NCBI GenBank assembly: GCA_012295275.1
Contig: CM022675.1
Coordinates: 11,780,001-11,844,000, forward strand
Source: Chrysomallon squamiferum
Lineage: Eukaryota; Animalia; Mollusca
Direction of reading: 5' to 3'
DNA length: 64,000 bases
Part shown: positions 41,182 to 53,700 of the stretch, piece by piece
Numbering within the stretch: the first letter of the stretch is position 1
Layout of the letters: each line of letters starts with the position of its first letter
Notes under the pieces: model-generated
What the model was told of the DNA's origin: nothing
Seen by the model: the letters and a program-made list of their open reading frames with translations, nothing else
The model's database searches: none
Program-made: the position numbers and the translations under genes

Positions 41182-41718
41182 CATCATCATCATTATTATT
41201 ATTATAAAATTTATATGAAAAAAATCTTGCTGCCGATCGAAAAGAGTAACTAAGTGTGAGGACAACGTGTTTCTTCTCTAGTGTGTTATTATTATAATAC
41301 GACATCGATAGTAACAATTAATAACATCTTTTTATAACGAATTAAACAATTCTTACATTCAGTAACAGAATGAAATAACCAGGCAAACTTGGGACTGAGG
41401 TTGACCCAGATTTTTTTATAATAATAATCAACAGATATTGAAATACGTAACGATAACTAATAAATGTCAGTTTGTCATATTACTAATGACTGTTTTAATA
41501 TAAAAATAAATAAAGGAAAGTCTGTAAAGAAAGAAGACATTTTTTTTTTCGAATTAAATTTCCAAAATGTTTAAATTTATATATTCTTGCCAGATATGTT
41601 GTGAAAATATGAAATAAAACTGTTTTTTCCGCTTATTATTTATTTAATTTTGTTTATTTTAATTTTATTTATTTATTTTCAATTAATCATTAAATTTTTA
41701 TTTTTTTTATTTTTCCAA

Positions 41719-41758
<40 letters not shown>

Positions 41759-41794
41759 TGACAAAAAAAAAAAAAATAAAGATAGAAGCAACAA

Positions 41795-41827
<33 letters not shown>

Positions 41828-42218
41828 CTGAAAGAAACCAATGAAAACATACGTTGATGACAATGGAAACCTCTTTACGAAACGATTGTCTTAAGTTCGG
41901 TAATTTTCGTAGCGATATTGATTCATTTCCGAAGAATCTCGAAATTAGCAGTAACCAATCGTCTTCATAAATAAAATAAAATAACTTATTTATTTCCGTA
42001 GAGTGTATTACACTGCTTCAGTACTAAAACTGGAAATCTTCTTTACGATGAAAAAAAAAAAAAAAAAAAAAAGAAAGAAAGAAAAAAAAAAAAAAAAAAA
42101 AAAAAGATAAAAAAAAAAAAAAGAAAAAGAAATAGAAATAAGAGAAGAAATTTATCGCAATATTAATAATAACCGAAGTAAAAGTATTAATTGTAGTGGT
42201 GGTGATAGTAGTAGTAGT

Positions 42219-42250
<32 letters not shown>

Positions 42251-42515
42251 GAGTAGTAGTAGTAATAGTAGTAGTAGTAGTAGTAGTATACGTGGCAGTA
42301 ATTGTTATTAGAAAGATAATTTGTATTTTTGTTGTTCACGATATTTAAAGTATACAGTAAGCTGGTTTCGGTTCACAATAACAACAGAAACGCAAAAAAA
42401 AACCAACATATTCGTCAATATATATATGTGTGTGTGTGTATGTGTGTGTGTGTGTGTGTGCTTGTGTGTGTGCTTGTGTATGTAAGAAAGAAAGAAAGAA
42501 ACAGATAAATAAATA

Positions 42516-42550
<35 letters not shown>

Positions 42551-42779
42551 CAAACAGAAAACAAATAAACAAAATTTTCTCCAGTTACTTACCAAGTCTT
42601 TCAAATTATCCTTTTCTTTTCTCTTTGCTTTTTTTTTTTTTTTCCCGAATATTATTCTTTAGCTTAAACTGCAAAGATAGTTTAATCTGATTATTTTCAT
42701 CGTCAAAGCGAAAAGTAAAACTCGTTATTGCTTCTTTTTTTTTTCTTGCTTTTTTTCTGACAAAACGCGACGTGACGGG

Positions 42780-42822
42780 CTTGGTGATTGGCTAGAGGTT
42801 AGCATCACGTGACACGTGATGG
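42780..42822 (-). promoter_or_regulatory. Candidate promoter (CCAAT box plus tandem E-boxes), possibly for contactin
   Basis: GATTGGCT at 42786-42793 (AGCCAATC on -) and the palindrome ATCACGTGACACGTGAT at 42804-42820 sit in a CpG-richer island. A strong minus-strand donor TTG|GTAAGT lies at 42593/42592. The contactin ATG exon has an acceptor at 32517, so an upstream non-coding exon is expected. Confidence 0.45.
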
Positions 42823-43802
42823 CTGTCAGCTAGGACGAGGGTTGGTGTCAAAAGGTGACAGATTTGTTTCAGTTACAGCGCGATGCATCTTTGCCGAGTT
42901 AAAGCGGTTTGTGTTACCCTTTTACCGTTTTCGCGTCCATCTCTTCCGGTCATTCTCCAGTCTGTCCAGTTAAACGGCTGGACACTCCAGATGCATTAAT
43001 TTGCTTTCAGAGCTGGAACAGCTTTACAAAATGAGCACCGTTTTTTTGCTTTTACCGTTTAAACTTCGGTAAATATTTCTGCTTCAAATACGCGTGTCTG
43101 CTGCATTGTTGTTTTTTTAAATTTAATTTTGTAACTGTCAAGCAATTTATTTCCTTGTTGTACAGATCATTATTATTATTATTATTATTTATTCGTATTC
43201 GTTCGTTCCCTCATCATCTCTATGTCTCTGCGTCTTACTGTCAGTTATTAATCAACCATTTTTATACAGAATTACAAACACTGAAGGTTCATGCACGCCT
43301 ATCATGCCATACAAATAAGGTTGGTTCGATCAAGTCTGAGTTAATCAGTTACAAGATTAATAAAGATGAAGACAGGAACCATAGTCACCATTCTCTATAA
43401 TTAGTTCAATGGGACGCGATCTCAGAAACTGTGAATCTTCATTCCGATGGTTTTACATCTGCGTAGATTAGAGAAGCTACGATTACAGAAATAATTTTAC
43501 AGGGTTCTCGGAAATACTTTGTAATGAAGCCAAAACGACAGACAAGTAAGTAATGAGATCAAGACAAACAGCGCTAGTTTCAAAATATAAGTTTATTTAT
43601 GGCATATTTGACTTAACAATAACTTAATATAAATATATAATTTACAGAAGATAATATTTCAGTAATATAGATAATTACAATATGTACACAAGTTATGGCA
43701 GATATACAGATATAACGTAATGGTTTGCAATGTACAGCGATTAAAATACATTATATATCTGAAATCTACTGTTCATTGGCTGTATAATTAATAATACTTG
43801 GA

Positions 43803-43935
43803 TTATGTAGTTCAGTGACTCAACGACTTGTCTGACACGTGGCGAATCGCAGGATCAATCCTTGTTAGTGCGCCTGCGAAATATTTGCCCGTTCCAACAA
43901 TTGCTCAGAGGCAGTTTTCAAAGTGCGTGCTTTTC
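43803..43935 (+). mobile_element. Degenerate tRNA-derived SINE-like fragment, within the presumed 3' UTR of the TTC25-like paralog
   Basis: An A-box-like TAGTTCAGTG (43808) and a B-box-like GGATCAATCC (43852) occur at tRNA-like spacing. They are followed by CCCGTTCCAAC, a core also present at 21549, 21592 and 27096. No complete cloverleaf is evident. Confidence 0.45.
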
Positions 43936-44708
43936 TAACAAGCTAAAGTGTACGTTTCAGTTATATATATTACATAGATTATTGTTTCAACAATATGAAT
44001 GTCATTCAATATTTATATAGTATATATGTACATACCTAGATAACATCCTATGTACACAATATGATTTTTCTAGATGGCTAGAATAATATGTATAAATTAT
44101 TATTGTGCTGAAATGACTACATTTGATTATATTTTATGATTAATTTATTCTATTAAAGTTTTACAATACAGACATATAGATTTTTATCTATATTTATGGA
44201 GAAATATTATTTAAAAATAGTATGTATTATTTTTACTGCTAATAATCATACATCTTATTATGAGATGATCATCATCTAATGAAAAACAGCCAGTAGTATT
44301 TATCATAACACTGAACTAGACCAACGGAAATATTAAATTAATTTATCATAAACAAATATTGTTCACAATTTTGTAAGAATTCAGATATATAGTTCATGAA
44401 CGTTGGAAAAACGTCATAAAAAAAATATTCTTTTTTTTAATTTAATTTTTTTTTTATCGTTTATACTATCTTTTTTTTACATCTGAGTACCGAACAGACA
44501 GACAGACAGACAGACAGACAAGAACAATGTTCTTATTATACTATTCAGTAAGTCCTCATATATATTTACACACTGCTTCAAATACGCATGAATCTCTAGA
44601 TTCACTTAAAATGGCTGCATGAACAAACTGGTCACAGAAGTATAGTAAATACAAACGTTATGATTGATTAGTTTTGTTCAATATATATATATATATGTCT
44701 GCTAATTT

Positions 44709-47700
44709 CTAGAGTACTTCTGCAGTCTTATCATCTTTTGGGTCAGAACAGTCTACTCCTGGAATGTTATCGAGATTTTCAGATCTGTGTTCCCTTCTGG
44801 ACTTTCTGCCGCTATCCACGGACACTTTATTACTTGCACTTCTTCCGCTGTATCGCGGAGCATCATCATTTGCAGTGTTACCTTCGAGATCTGCAATTAA
44901 TTCTGAGAATGCTGCGTCGTCGATAAACTTCTGTTCGTCTCCGTCTTTACTCTGATCTCTTCGTGAACTCTCTCGATTTTCTCTTTCGTTTTTTAGTTTG
45001 CTTTTCCGTCACGTTGTTTACTGCCTGGTTATCGATAGCTTGTGAAATGGTTTTGTCTTCTAGGCTTGCATTGTCACGTTCCCTTTGAGAGTGGCGAGAT
45101 TTTCTGTACTCTGCTATGGAATCCATCGTGTCTTCTTTCACCAGTTCTGGTTTCTGTTCGGTTAAATCTGTACTAGATTCTCTGCTGCCATGGCTATGTC
45201 TTCTTCTGGAATGTCTGGATTTTCTCGGCTTTAAATCACCCGCGTCTATGGCACCTCCGTCTACTCTAGAGATGTCTTCCACGCTTAGACTGCTACGTTC
45301 TCTTCGAGACTGACGAGATCTTCTGCTGTGTTTTCTGTCAGTGTCATCATCAGCTACAGATTCCATGGTGTTTTCTTTCACAAGTTCAGGTAACTCAATG
45401 CTAGGTTCTCTGCTTGCTTGACTGTGTCTTCTTCTAGAATGTCTCGATTTCCTGTGTTCTTTTACATTATCGTCCGCAGGCAAATCGTCAATAGTCTCTG
45501 AAACAGTTTTACCATCCAGATTTAGATTGCTGTGTTCCCTTCGAGATTGACGAGATCTTCTCCTGTGTTTTCTATCAGTATCATCATCAGCTAAGGATTC
45601 CATAGTGTTTTCTTTTACAAGTTCAGGTAACTCAGTGCTAGGTTCTCTGCTTGCTTGACTGTGTCTTCTTCTAGAATGTCTGGATTTCCTGTGTTCTTTT
45701 ACATTATCGTCCGCAGGCAAATCGTCAATAGTCTCTGAAATAGTATTACCATCCAGACTTAGATTGCTGTGTTCTCTTCGAGACTGACGAGATCTTCTCC
45801 TGTGGTTTCTGTCAGAGTCATCATCAGCTACAGATTCTTTTGTGTTTTCTTTCACAAGTTCAGGTAAATCAGTGCTAGGTTCTCTGCTTGCATGACTGTG
45901 TCTTCTTCTAGAATGTTTAGATTTTCTCGATTTTAAGTCATCTGCGTCCATTGTTCTTTCACCTGGCTGTTCGACACTTCCATCTGCTCTAGTGATGTCT
46001 TCCACGCTTAGATTGCTACGTTCTCTTCGAGACTGACGAGATCTTCTGCTGTGTTTTCCAGCAGTATCATCCATCAGCTACAGATTCCATAGTGTTTTCT
46101 TTCACAAGTTCAGGTAACTCAGTGCTAGGTTCTCTGCTTGCATGACTGTGTCTTCTTCTAGAATGTCTGGATTTTCTCTGCTTTAAATCTGTGGAGTTTG
46201 CGGCTGTTTCTTCCACACCTTCCGGGTGTTCCACAGTTCCATCTAATCTAGAACTGCCTTCCTGACTTAAGGTACTGTGTTCCCTTCGTGATCGTCTGGA
46301 TTTTCTATGACTCTTTCTGCTGTCGTCTGCAGGCAGATCTGTCTCATCGACAGTTTGTGAAATAGTAATTTCTTCTTGACTGATGTTACTCTTTTCCCTT
46401 CGCGAATGACGAGATTTTCTGCTGTGTTTTCTTCGAGTATCCTCGTCAGCTACAGATTCCATAGTGTTTCTTTCACAAGTTCAGATTTTGTTCAGTTAAA
46501 TCAGTGCTAGGTTCTCTGCTTGCATGACTGTGTCTTCTTTTAGAATGCTTGGATTTTCTGGGTTTCAAATCAGCTATGTCTACGATTGGTCCGTCTGGAT
46601 GCTCTATATTATCACCTAATCTGGAGATGTCTTCCACACTTAGATTGCTGTGTTCCCTTCGAGACTGACGAGATCTTCTGCTATGTTTTTTATCAGTGTC
46701 ATCCTCAGCTACTGATTCTATCGTGTTTTCTCTTACATGTTCAGGTTTCTGTTCAGTTAAATCAGTGCTAGGTTCTCTGCTTGCTTGGCTATGTCTTCTT
46801 CTAGAATGTCTGGATTTTCTGTGTTTTATATTGGCTGCATCCATAGATCTTTCTTCTGGATGTTCAGCATTACCATCTATTCTAGAGATGTCTTCCTGAC
46901 TTAGATTGCTACGTTCGCGAGATCTTCTGCTATGTTTTCTAGGAGTATCACCATCAGCTACGGATTCCATTGTGTTTTCTTTCACAAGTTCACATTTCTG
47001 TTCAATTAAATCAGTGCTAGGTTCTCTGCTTGCTTGACTACGTCTTCTAGAACGTCTGGACTTTCTTTGTCTTTTGTCGGTCTCGTCATCATCTGCAGGC
47101 AAATCTTTATCACCGACAGTCAGTGAAATAAAGTTGCCTTCTTCACTTACATTACTTTTCTCTCTACGCGAATGAGATCTTCGTTTTCGTTTCTTAGCAA
47201 TGTCCTTATCAGCCAGAGATTCCATGATGTCTTCTGTCAAAAGTCCAGTCTTTTGTTCAGTTAGCTCAGTACTAGGTTCCATACTCACAATGCTGGGTCT
47301 TCTTATAGAATGTCTTTTGTTTTCATTTGGCTTTCTTCATTTGCGTCCTTTGCGCTCTTATCAAAGTCTTCTGGATGTTCGACTGTACCATCTAATCTAG
47401 AGCTTTCTCCCTGGCTAACGTTACTTTGTTCTCTTCGTGACTGAGACTTTTCCTGTCTTTTCTATCAGGATCATCATCAGCTACAGATTCCACTGTGTTT
47501 TCTTTAATGGTTTCTGATTTCTGTTCAGTTAATTCAGTGCTAGGTTCTCTGCTTGCATGACTGTGTCTTCTTCTAGAATGTTTAGATTTTCTCGGTTTTA
47601 AGTCATCTGCGTCCATTGTTCTTTCACCTGGCTGTTCGACACTTCCATCTGCTCTAGTGATGTCTTCCACGCTTAGATTGCTACGTTCTCTTCGAGACTG

Positions 47701-50700
47701 ACGAGATCTTCTGCTGTGTTTTCTAGCAGTATCATCATCAGCTACGGATTCCATGGTGTTTTCTTTTACAAGTTCAGGTAATTCAATGCTAGGTTCTCTG
47801 CTTGCTTGACTGTGTCTTCTTCTAGAATGTCTGGATTTCCTGTGTTCTTTTATATTATCGTCCGCAGGCAAATCATCAATAGTCTCTGAAATAGTATTAC
47901 CATCCAGACTTAGATTGCTGTGTTCTCTTCGAGACTGACGAGATCTTCTGCTATATTTTCTGTAAGTATCATCATCAGCTACAGATTCCTTTGTGTCATC
48001 TTTGACAACTTCAGGTTTCTGTTCAGTTAAATGAATGCTAGGTTCTCTGCTTGCTTGACTGTGTCTTCTTCTAGAATGTCTGGATTTCCTGTGTTCTTTT
48101 ATATTATCGTCCGCAGGCAAATCATCAATAGTCTCTGAAATAGTTTTACCATCCAGACTTAGATTGCTGTGTTCCCTTTGAGACTGACGAGATCTTCTCC
48201 TGTGTTTTCTATCAGTATCATCATCAGCTACAGATTCTTTTGTGTCTATTGTTACAAGTTCAGGTTTCTGTTCAGTTAAATCAGTGCTAGGTTCTCTGCT
48301 TGTATGACTGTGTCTACGTCTAGAATGTCTGGATTTCTTGTCTTTTAAATCTGCGGTGTCTACGGGCGTTTCATTCATACCTTCTGGATGTTCCACAGTT
48401 CGACCTAATCTAGAACTGCCTTCCTGACTTAAGGTACTGTGTTCCCTTCGTGATCGTCTGGATTTTCTATGACTCTTTCTGCTGTCGTCTGCAGGCAGAT
48501 CTGTCTCATCAACAGTTTGTGAAATAATAGTTTCTTCTTGACTGATGTTACTCTTTTCCCTTCGCGACTGACGAGATCTTCTGCTATGTTTTCTTCGAGT
48601 ATCCTCGTCGGCTACAGATTCCACTGTGTTTTCTTTCACAAGTTCAGATTTTTGTTCAGTTAAATCAGTGCTAGGTTCTCTGCTGGTATGACTTCGTCTT
48701 CTTCTAGAATGCCTGGATTTTCTGGGTTTCAAATCAGCTGTGTCCATGATTCTTCCATCTTCGACATTTCCATCTGCTCTAGTGATGTCTTCCACACTTA
48801 GATTGCTGTGTTCTCTTCGAGACTGACGAGATCTTCTGCTGTGTTTTGTGTCAGTATCATCATCAGCTACAGATTCCATGGTGTTTTCTTTTACAAGTTC
48901 AGGTAATTCAATGCTAGGTTCTCTGCTTGCTTGACTATGTCTTCTTCCAGAATGTCTGGATTTCCTGTGTTCTTTTACATTATAGTCCGCAGGCAAATCG
49001 TCAATAGTCTCTGAAATAGTATTACCATCCAGACTTAGATTGCTGTGTTCCCTTCGAGACTGACGAGATCGTCTCCTGTGTTTTCTATCAGTGTCATCAT
49101 CAGCTACAGATTCCTTTGTGTGATCTTTGACAAGTTGAGATTTTTGTTCAGTTAATTCAGTGCTAGGTTCTCTGCTTGCATGACTGTGTCTTCTTTTAGA
49201 ATGGCTGGATCTTCTGTGTCCTTTTTGATTGTCATCTGCAGGTGGATGAATATTGTCAGTAGTTTGTGAAATAGTTTCACCCTCGAGATTTAGGTTACCA
49301 TTTTCTTCTTGCAAATGACGATCTTTTCTGCTCTGTTTTCTGTCAGCGTTATCATCAGCTACAGATTCCTTTGCCTCTTCCTTCACAAGTTCGGGTTTCT
49401 GTTCTGTTAAGTCAGTGCTAGGTTCTCTGCTTGCTTGGCTATGTCTTCTTCTAGAATGTCTGGATTTCTTCTGCTTTGCATCAGTTACATCCATGGTGCT
49501 TTCATCCAAACTGTCTGGATATTCGGCAGTGCTCTCCAAGCCTTGAAATATTTTCCACACTTAGATTGCTTCGTTCTCTCCGCGAACGGAGTGACCTTCT
49601 GCTCCTTCTTTCACTCTTCTTATCGGTTAAAGTCAACAACTCTGCATCTGCTTGTTGACTAACGGATTCTACGTTGTCGTCAACACTTTCAGTACTAAGT
49701 CCACTTCGCGAATGACGAGACCTTCGTCTATGCATTTTATCAGTGTTATCATCAGCTACAGATTCTTTTGTGTCTATTGTTACAAGTTCAGGTTTCTGTT
49801 CAGTTAAATCAGTGCTAGGTTCTCTGCTTGTATGACTGTGTCTACGTCTAGAATGTCTGGATTTCTTGTCTTTGAAATCTGCGGTGTCTACGGGCGTTTC
49901 ATTCATACCTTCTGGATGTTCTACAGTTCGATCTAACCTAGAACTGCCTTCCTGACTTAAGGTACTGTGTTCCCTTCGTGATCGTCTGGATTTTCTATGA
50001 CTCTTTCTGCTGTCGTCTGCAGGCGGATCTGTCTCATCAACAGTTTGTGAAATAGTAATTTCTTCTTGACTGATGTTACTCTTTTCTCTTCGCGAATGAC
50101 AAGATTTTCTCCTATGTTTCCTATCAGCGTCATCATCAACTACAGATTCCACCGTGTCTTCTTTCACAAGTTCAGATTTCTGTTCAGTTAAATCAGTGCT
50201 AGGTTCTCTGCTTGCATGGCTGCGTCTTCTTCTAGAATGTCTGGCTTTTTTGGATCTGTCATCTGTTGCTGCCAAGATATTATCAGACAGTCCATCAGAA
50301 TGTTCAGCTGTACTGTCTACCCTGGAGGTGCCTTCCTGACTTAGAGTGCTGTGTTCTCTTCTGGAGCGTCTTGTTTTTCTATGCCTTTTGTCAGTTTGCT
50401 TCTCGTCTGCAGGCAGATGACTTTCGTCAACGGTCTGTGATATAGTAACATCTTCCTGACTTACGTTACTCTTTTCCCTTCGTGAATGAGATCTTCGTTT
50501 TCGCTTTTTGGCAATTTCTTATCATCCAGGGATTCCATGACGTCCGTTTTTAAGAGTCCAGTTTTCTGTTCGGTTAGCTCTGTATTCTGTTCCATACTCG
50601 TACTATCTCGTCTTTTTATAGAATCTTTGGATTTTCTGCGTCGTACGCTAATTGTGACGTCATCCAAACGTTCTGGATGTTCGACTGTACCATCTATTCT

Positions 50701-53700
50701 AGAGCTGTCTTCCTTACTAACATTACTATGTTCTCTTCGTGATCGCCTCGACTTTTTCTCTCTTTTCTCTGTCTTATCACCCGCTGTTTGTGATACAGTA
50801 TTATCGTCTTGACTTACGTTGCTAAGTTCTCTTTTCGAACGTCTGGGCTTTCTGCTTGTTTTCTCAGTTTGTTGATCCGTTACAGCTTCCTTTTCATTGT
50901 CAGTGGTTTGAGTTTTGTCTTCCTGGCTTTTAATACTGCGTCTTCGTGTACGTCGAGATTTTCTGCTGTTCTTTTCACCCATGGATTCCGTGCTGTTTTG
51001 TTTTACAAGTCCAGACTTACGTTCACTTAGATCTGTACTAGGTTCTCTGCTTGCGTGGCTCTGTCTTCGTTTAGAATGCCCGGATTTTCTCGGTCTAACC
51101 TCAGTGGAAGCAATGGTTCCATCGTCCAATCCTTCACCTATTCTAGAAGCATCTTCTTGACTTACCGTGCTGTGCCTTCTGCGTGAGTGTTTGGAACGTC
51201 CGTGTTTTTTCCTAGTTCGTTTTTCGACTTTGTGCGTATCGGATAGATCGGGAAGGCCTTGTAAAGCAGAATGATCCTCCTGGTCTCTCGGGGAACGATC
51301 AGATGCTTTGCTGTACTTTCCAACAATTTCTTCAGCACCTGTAGATTCTTCTTCGACAAGTCCTACAATACTAGGTTCCCTGCTTGCACGGCTACGTTCT
51401 CGTCTCGAATGTCTGGACCTCCTTTGTTTGACTTCAGCAGCAGCAGCTACGATGTCGTCGTCAATACTTTCTGGATATTCGGCTGTGCTCTCTAGCCTAG
51501 ATATATTTTCCAGGCTTAAGTTGCTATATTCTCTTCTCGAATGTCTGGATCGTCTCTCTAGCTGTCTGTCAGTGAAAGAGCTGTCTAATGACGCCAGTTC
51601 TATGTCGTTTTCTGAATCTACCAGACGTTTTGAATGGCGCGATCTTCTACTCTTTCTTTCCACTGAAGCTTCGTCTGATGATAGATCAAGAATTCCGTTT
51701 CGAGAGTCAAACATCTTATCCCTGCTGAAATTGCTTCGTTCTGAATACGCCGATTTCAGAAAGCTTCTCTCGCGTTGTCTTTCACTCGAAGGTTCATTTC
51801 TCTGCTCGTCAGTATCAACGCTTTCTTGCGACTCTTTGCTTGTTTTTCTTTTTCTAGAACGCTTTGATCGTCTGATGCTTCTCTGAATCGACCTGTCTGT
51901 CAGTATTTCATCCACATTTTCCTCATCGTCGCTCTCCTTCTGAGAAGCTATGGAATACTCTTTGCTAACAATGCTTTGTTCTCGTTTTGAACGCCTCGAT
52001 CGCTTACGACTTCTCTTGCTTTGGGCATCAGCAGAGATTTCGTCAGCTTGCTTTTTGTCGCCAGTGGTTTCCTTCACAGCACTCCTATCTCTATCGCGAC
52101 TACTTCTTTCTCTTTTATGATTTTTCTTTGCGCGCAATCTTTCTTTGGAGATTTCTCGTTCAATCTCCTTTTGTGGTTTTTCCTTTTTGGATTCCTTAGA
52201 CGTGAAAATTCTTCCATAGTAAATGACTCCGTTTGGCGATATGGGTTCGGAATTATCAGCTCGTTTCGATTCGGATTTTGGATCTTTTTCTCTGCTGGTG
52301 TCTTTGTTTTTTCGTCTTGAACTTCGTGATTTTCTCTGTTTTCTTTCTGACGATTTACTGAACGAATCTTCTTTGGATACAGCGTCATTCAAGCTTTCTT
52401 TGTCTGCAATTGTTTTATCTCTTTTCGAATGTCTGGAACGCTTTCGGCTTCTTCCTCTTTCACTTCGAGTTCGTCTGTTATCAACAACTTCGCCTTCTTT
52501 GTTCAACAGGTTTTGACTTTGACTATCCCTTTTCCTTCTTCTTTTTGATCTTCTTCGTCTTTTTCCCTCAGATAACGAAGACTGCAGAAGCTGGATGTCA
52601 GGCGACGTTTTAGATTTAATGAGTGACTCACTTAAGCCTAAGCTTTTAACCGACTGAAAACCTAAATCGATCAATTTTCCCCAATTTCCTCTTGAACTTT
52701 CTCTGGCGTTCTCACTGTGCTGCCGATGCCTGCTGCGCATGCTCGGATCGTGGCTCGACAGCATTTCCTTTCGTTCAGCGACAAGCTCGTCGTCTGACGT
52801 TTTGTTGGCTGATATCGCAAGCTCCACAATGAGGAAGAACTCTTTCCGTCCCCACCTTCTTGTTTCCCTCCCATCGGTTTTCTCGAACCTATCTTCTCCC
52901 CTGGGAATGTGCTCGGTCTTTTCTCTGTGCTTCTTTTTCACTTTTTTCTCTTTGTCTTCCTCTTTGGTTTCCTCGGTTTTGTCTGCCTCTTCGGTTTCTT
53001 CTTTGATTCCCTCTTTCTCTTCTTTAACACTGGATTCTTTCTCTTCAGACTTTAACTCGTTCTCTTCCAAATCGTTTTTCTTGTTTGCGTCGTCTTCACC
53101 AGATACCGACTTGTCTAATTCTCCCGCCTTTTGTTCTTTGCTTTCATCTTTATCAGAATCATCCATTTTAACTTCAGGTTGATCTGCTGCCACTTTTAAA
53201 CCATCAGGACTCTTCTTTTTATCTTCTCCAGTTTCAGTTTCTTTGATCACCGGCGTCATCTTCTTCCTTTATGTCCGTCGTTTCTTGTTTGTCATCAGGT
53301 TCTTTCATTAATCTTTCTTCTTTCACTTCGCCTGCTTCTGTCGCAGTTATTTCGTCAGCTTGGGACGTTTTCGTCTCAGTTCTTTCAGGCTTTTCTCCTT
53401 CAGTCTTTTCCTCGTGTTTACTTCTACTTCTGGAATCCACGGTGTCAGTTGTCGTTACGGTTTGGTCTTGTTGCTTTTCGGAAGAAGGTGAAATCGATTG
53501 TTCTGTTCCCTCATCCGTTAAGCTAGATCCAACAGCATCATGCGACAAAGCATCAACTTCTGCATGTTTATCCTCGCTTGCAGTAACTGTTTCATTATCT
53601 TCAGTGGTACTTTTCCCTGTAATGCCACCACTTCCTCCTGTTTTACGTGAAAGTCCTGCTTTCTTTGAAATTTCTTGCGTCGTGTCTGACGAGTCATCTG

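Noticed and set aside
43803-43880. Possible tRNA gene
   Set aside because: A/B-box-like motifs are present but there is no convincing acceptor stem or cloverleaf; it is better explained as a SINE head.
45100-51450. Regularly spaced conserved core of about 20 bp, superficially like a CRISPR array
   Set aside because: The intervening sequences are 200-380 nt, homologous to each other and in-frame coding. The context is eukaryotic and there are no cas genes.
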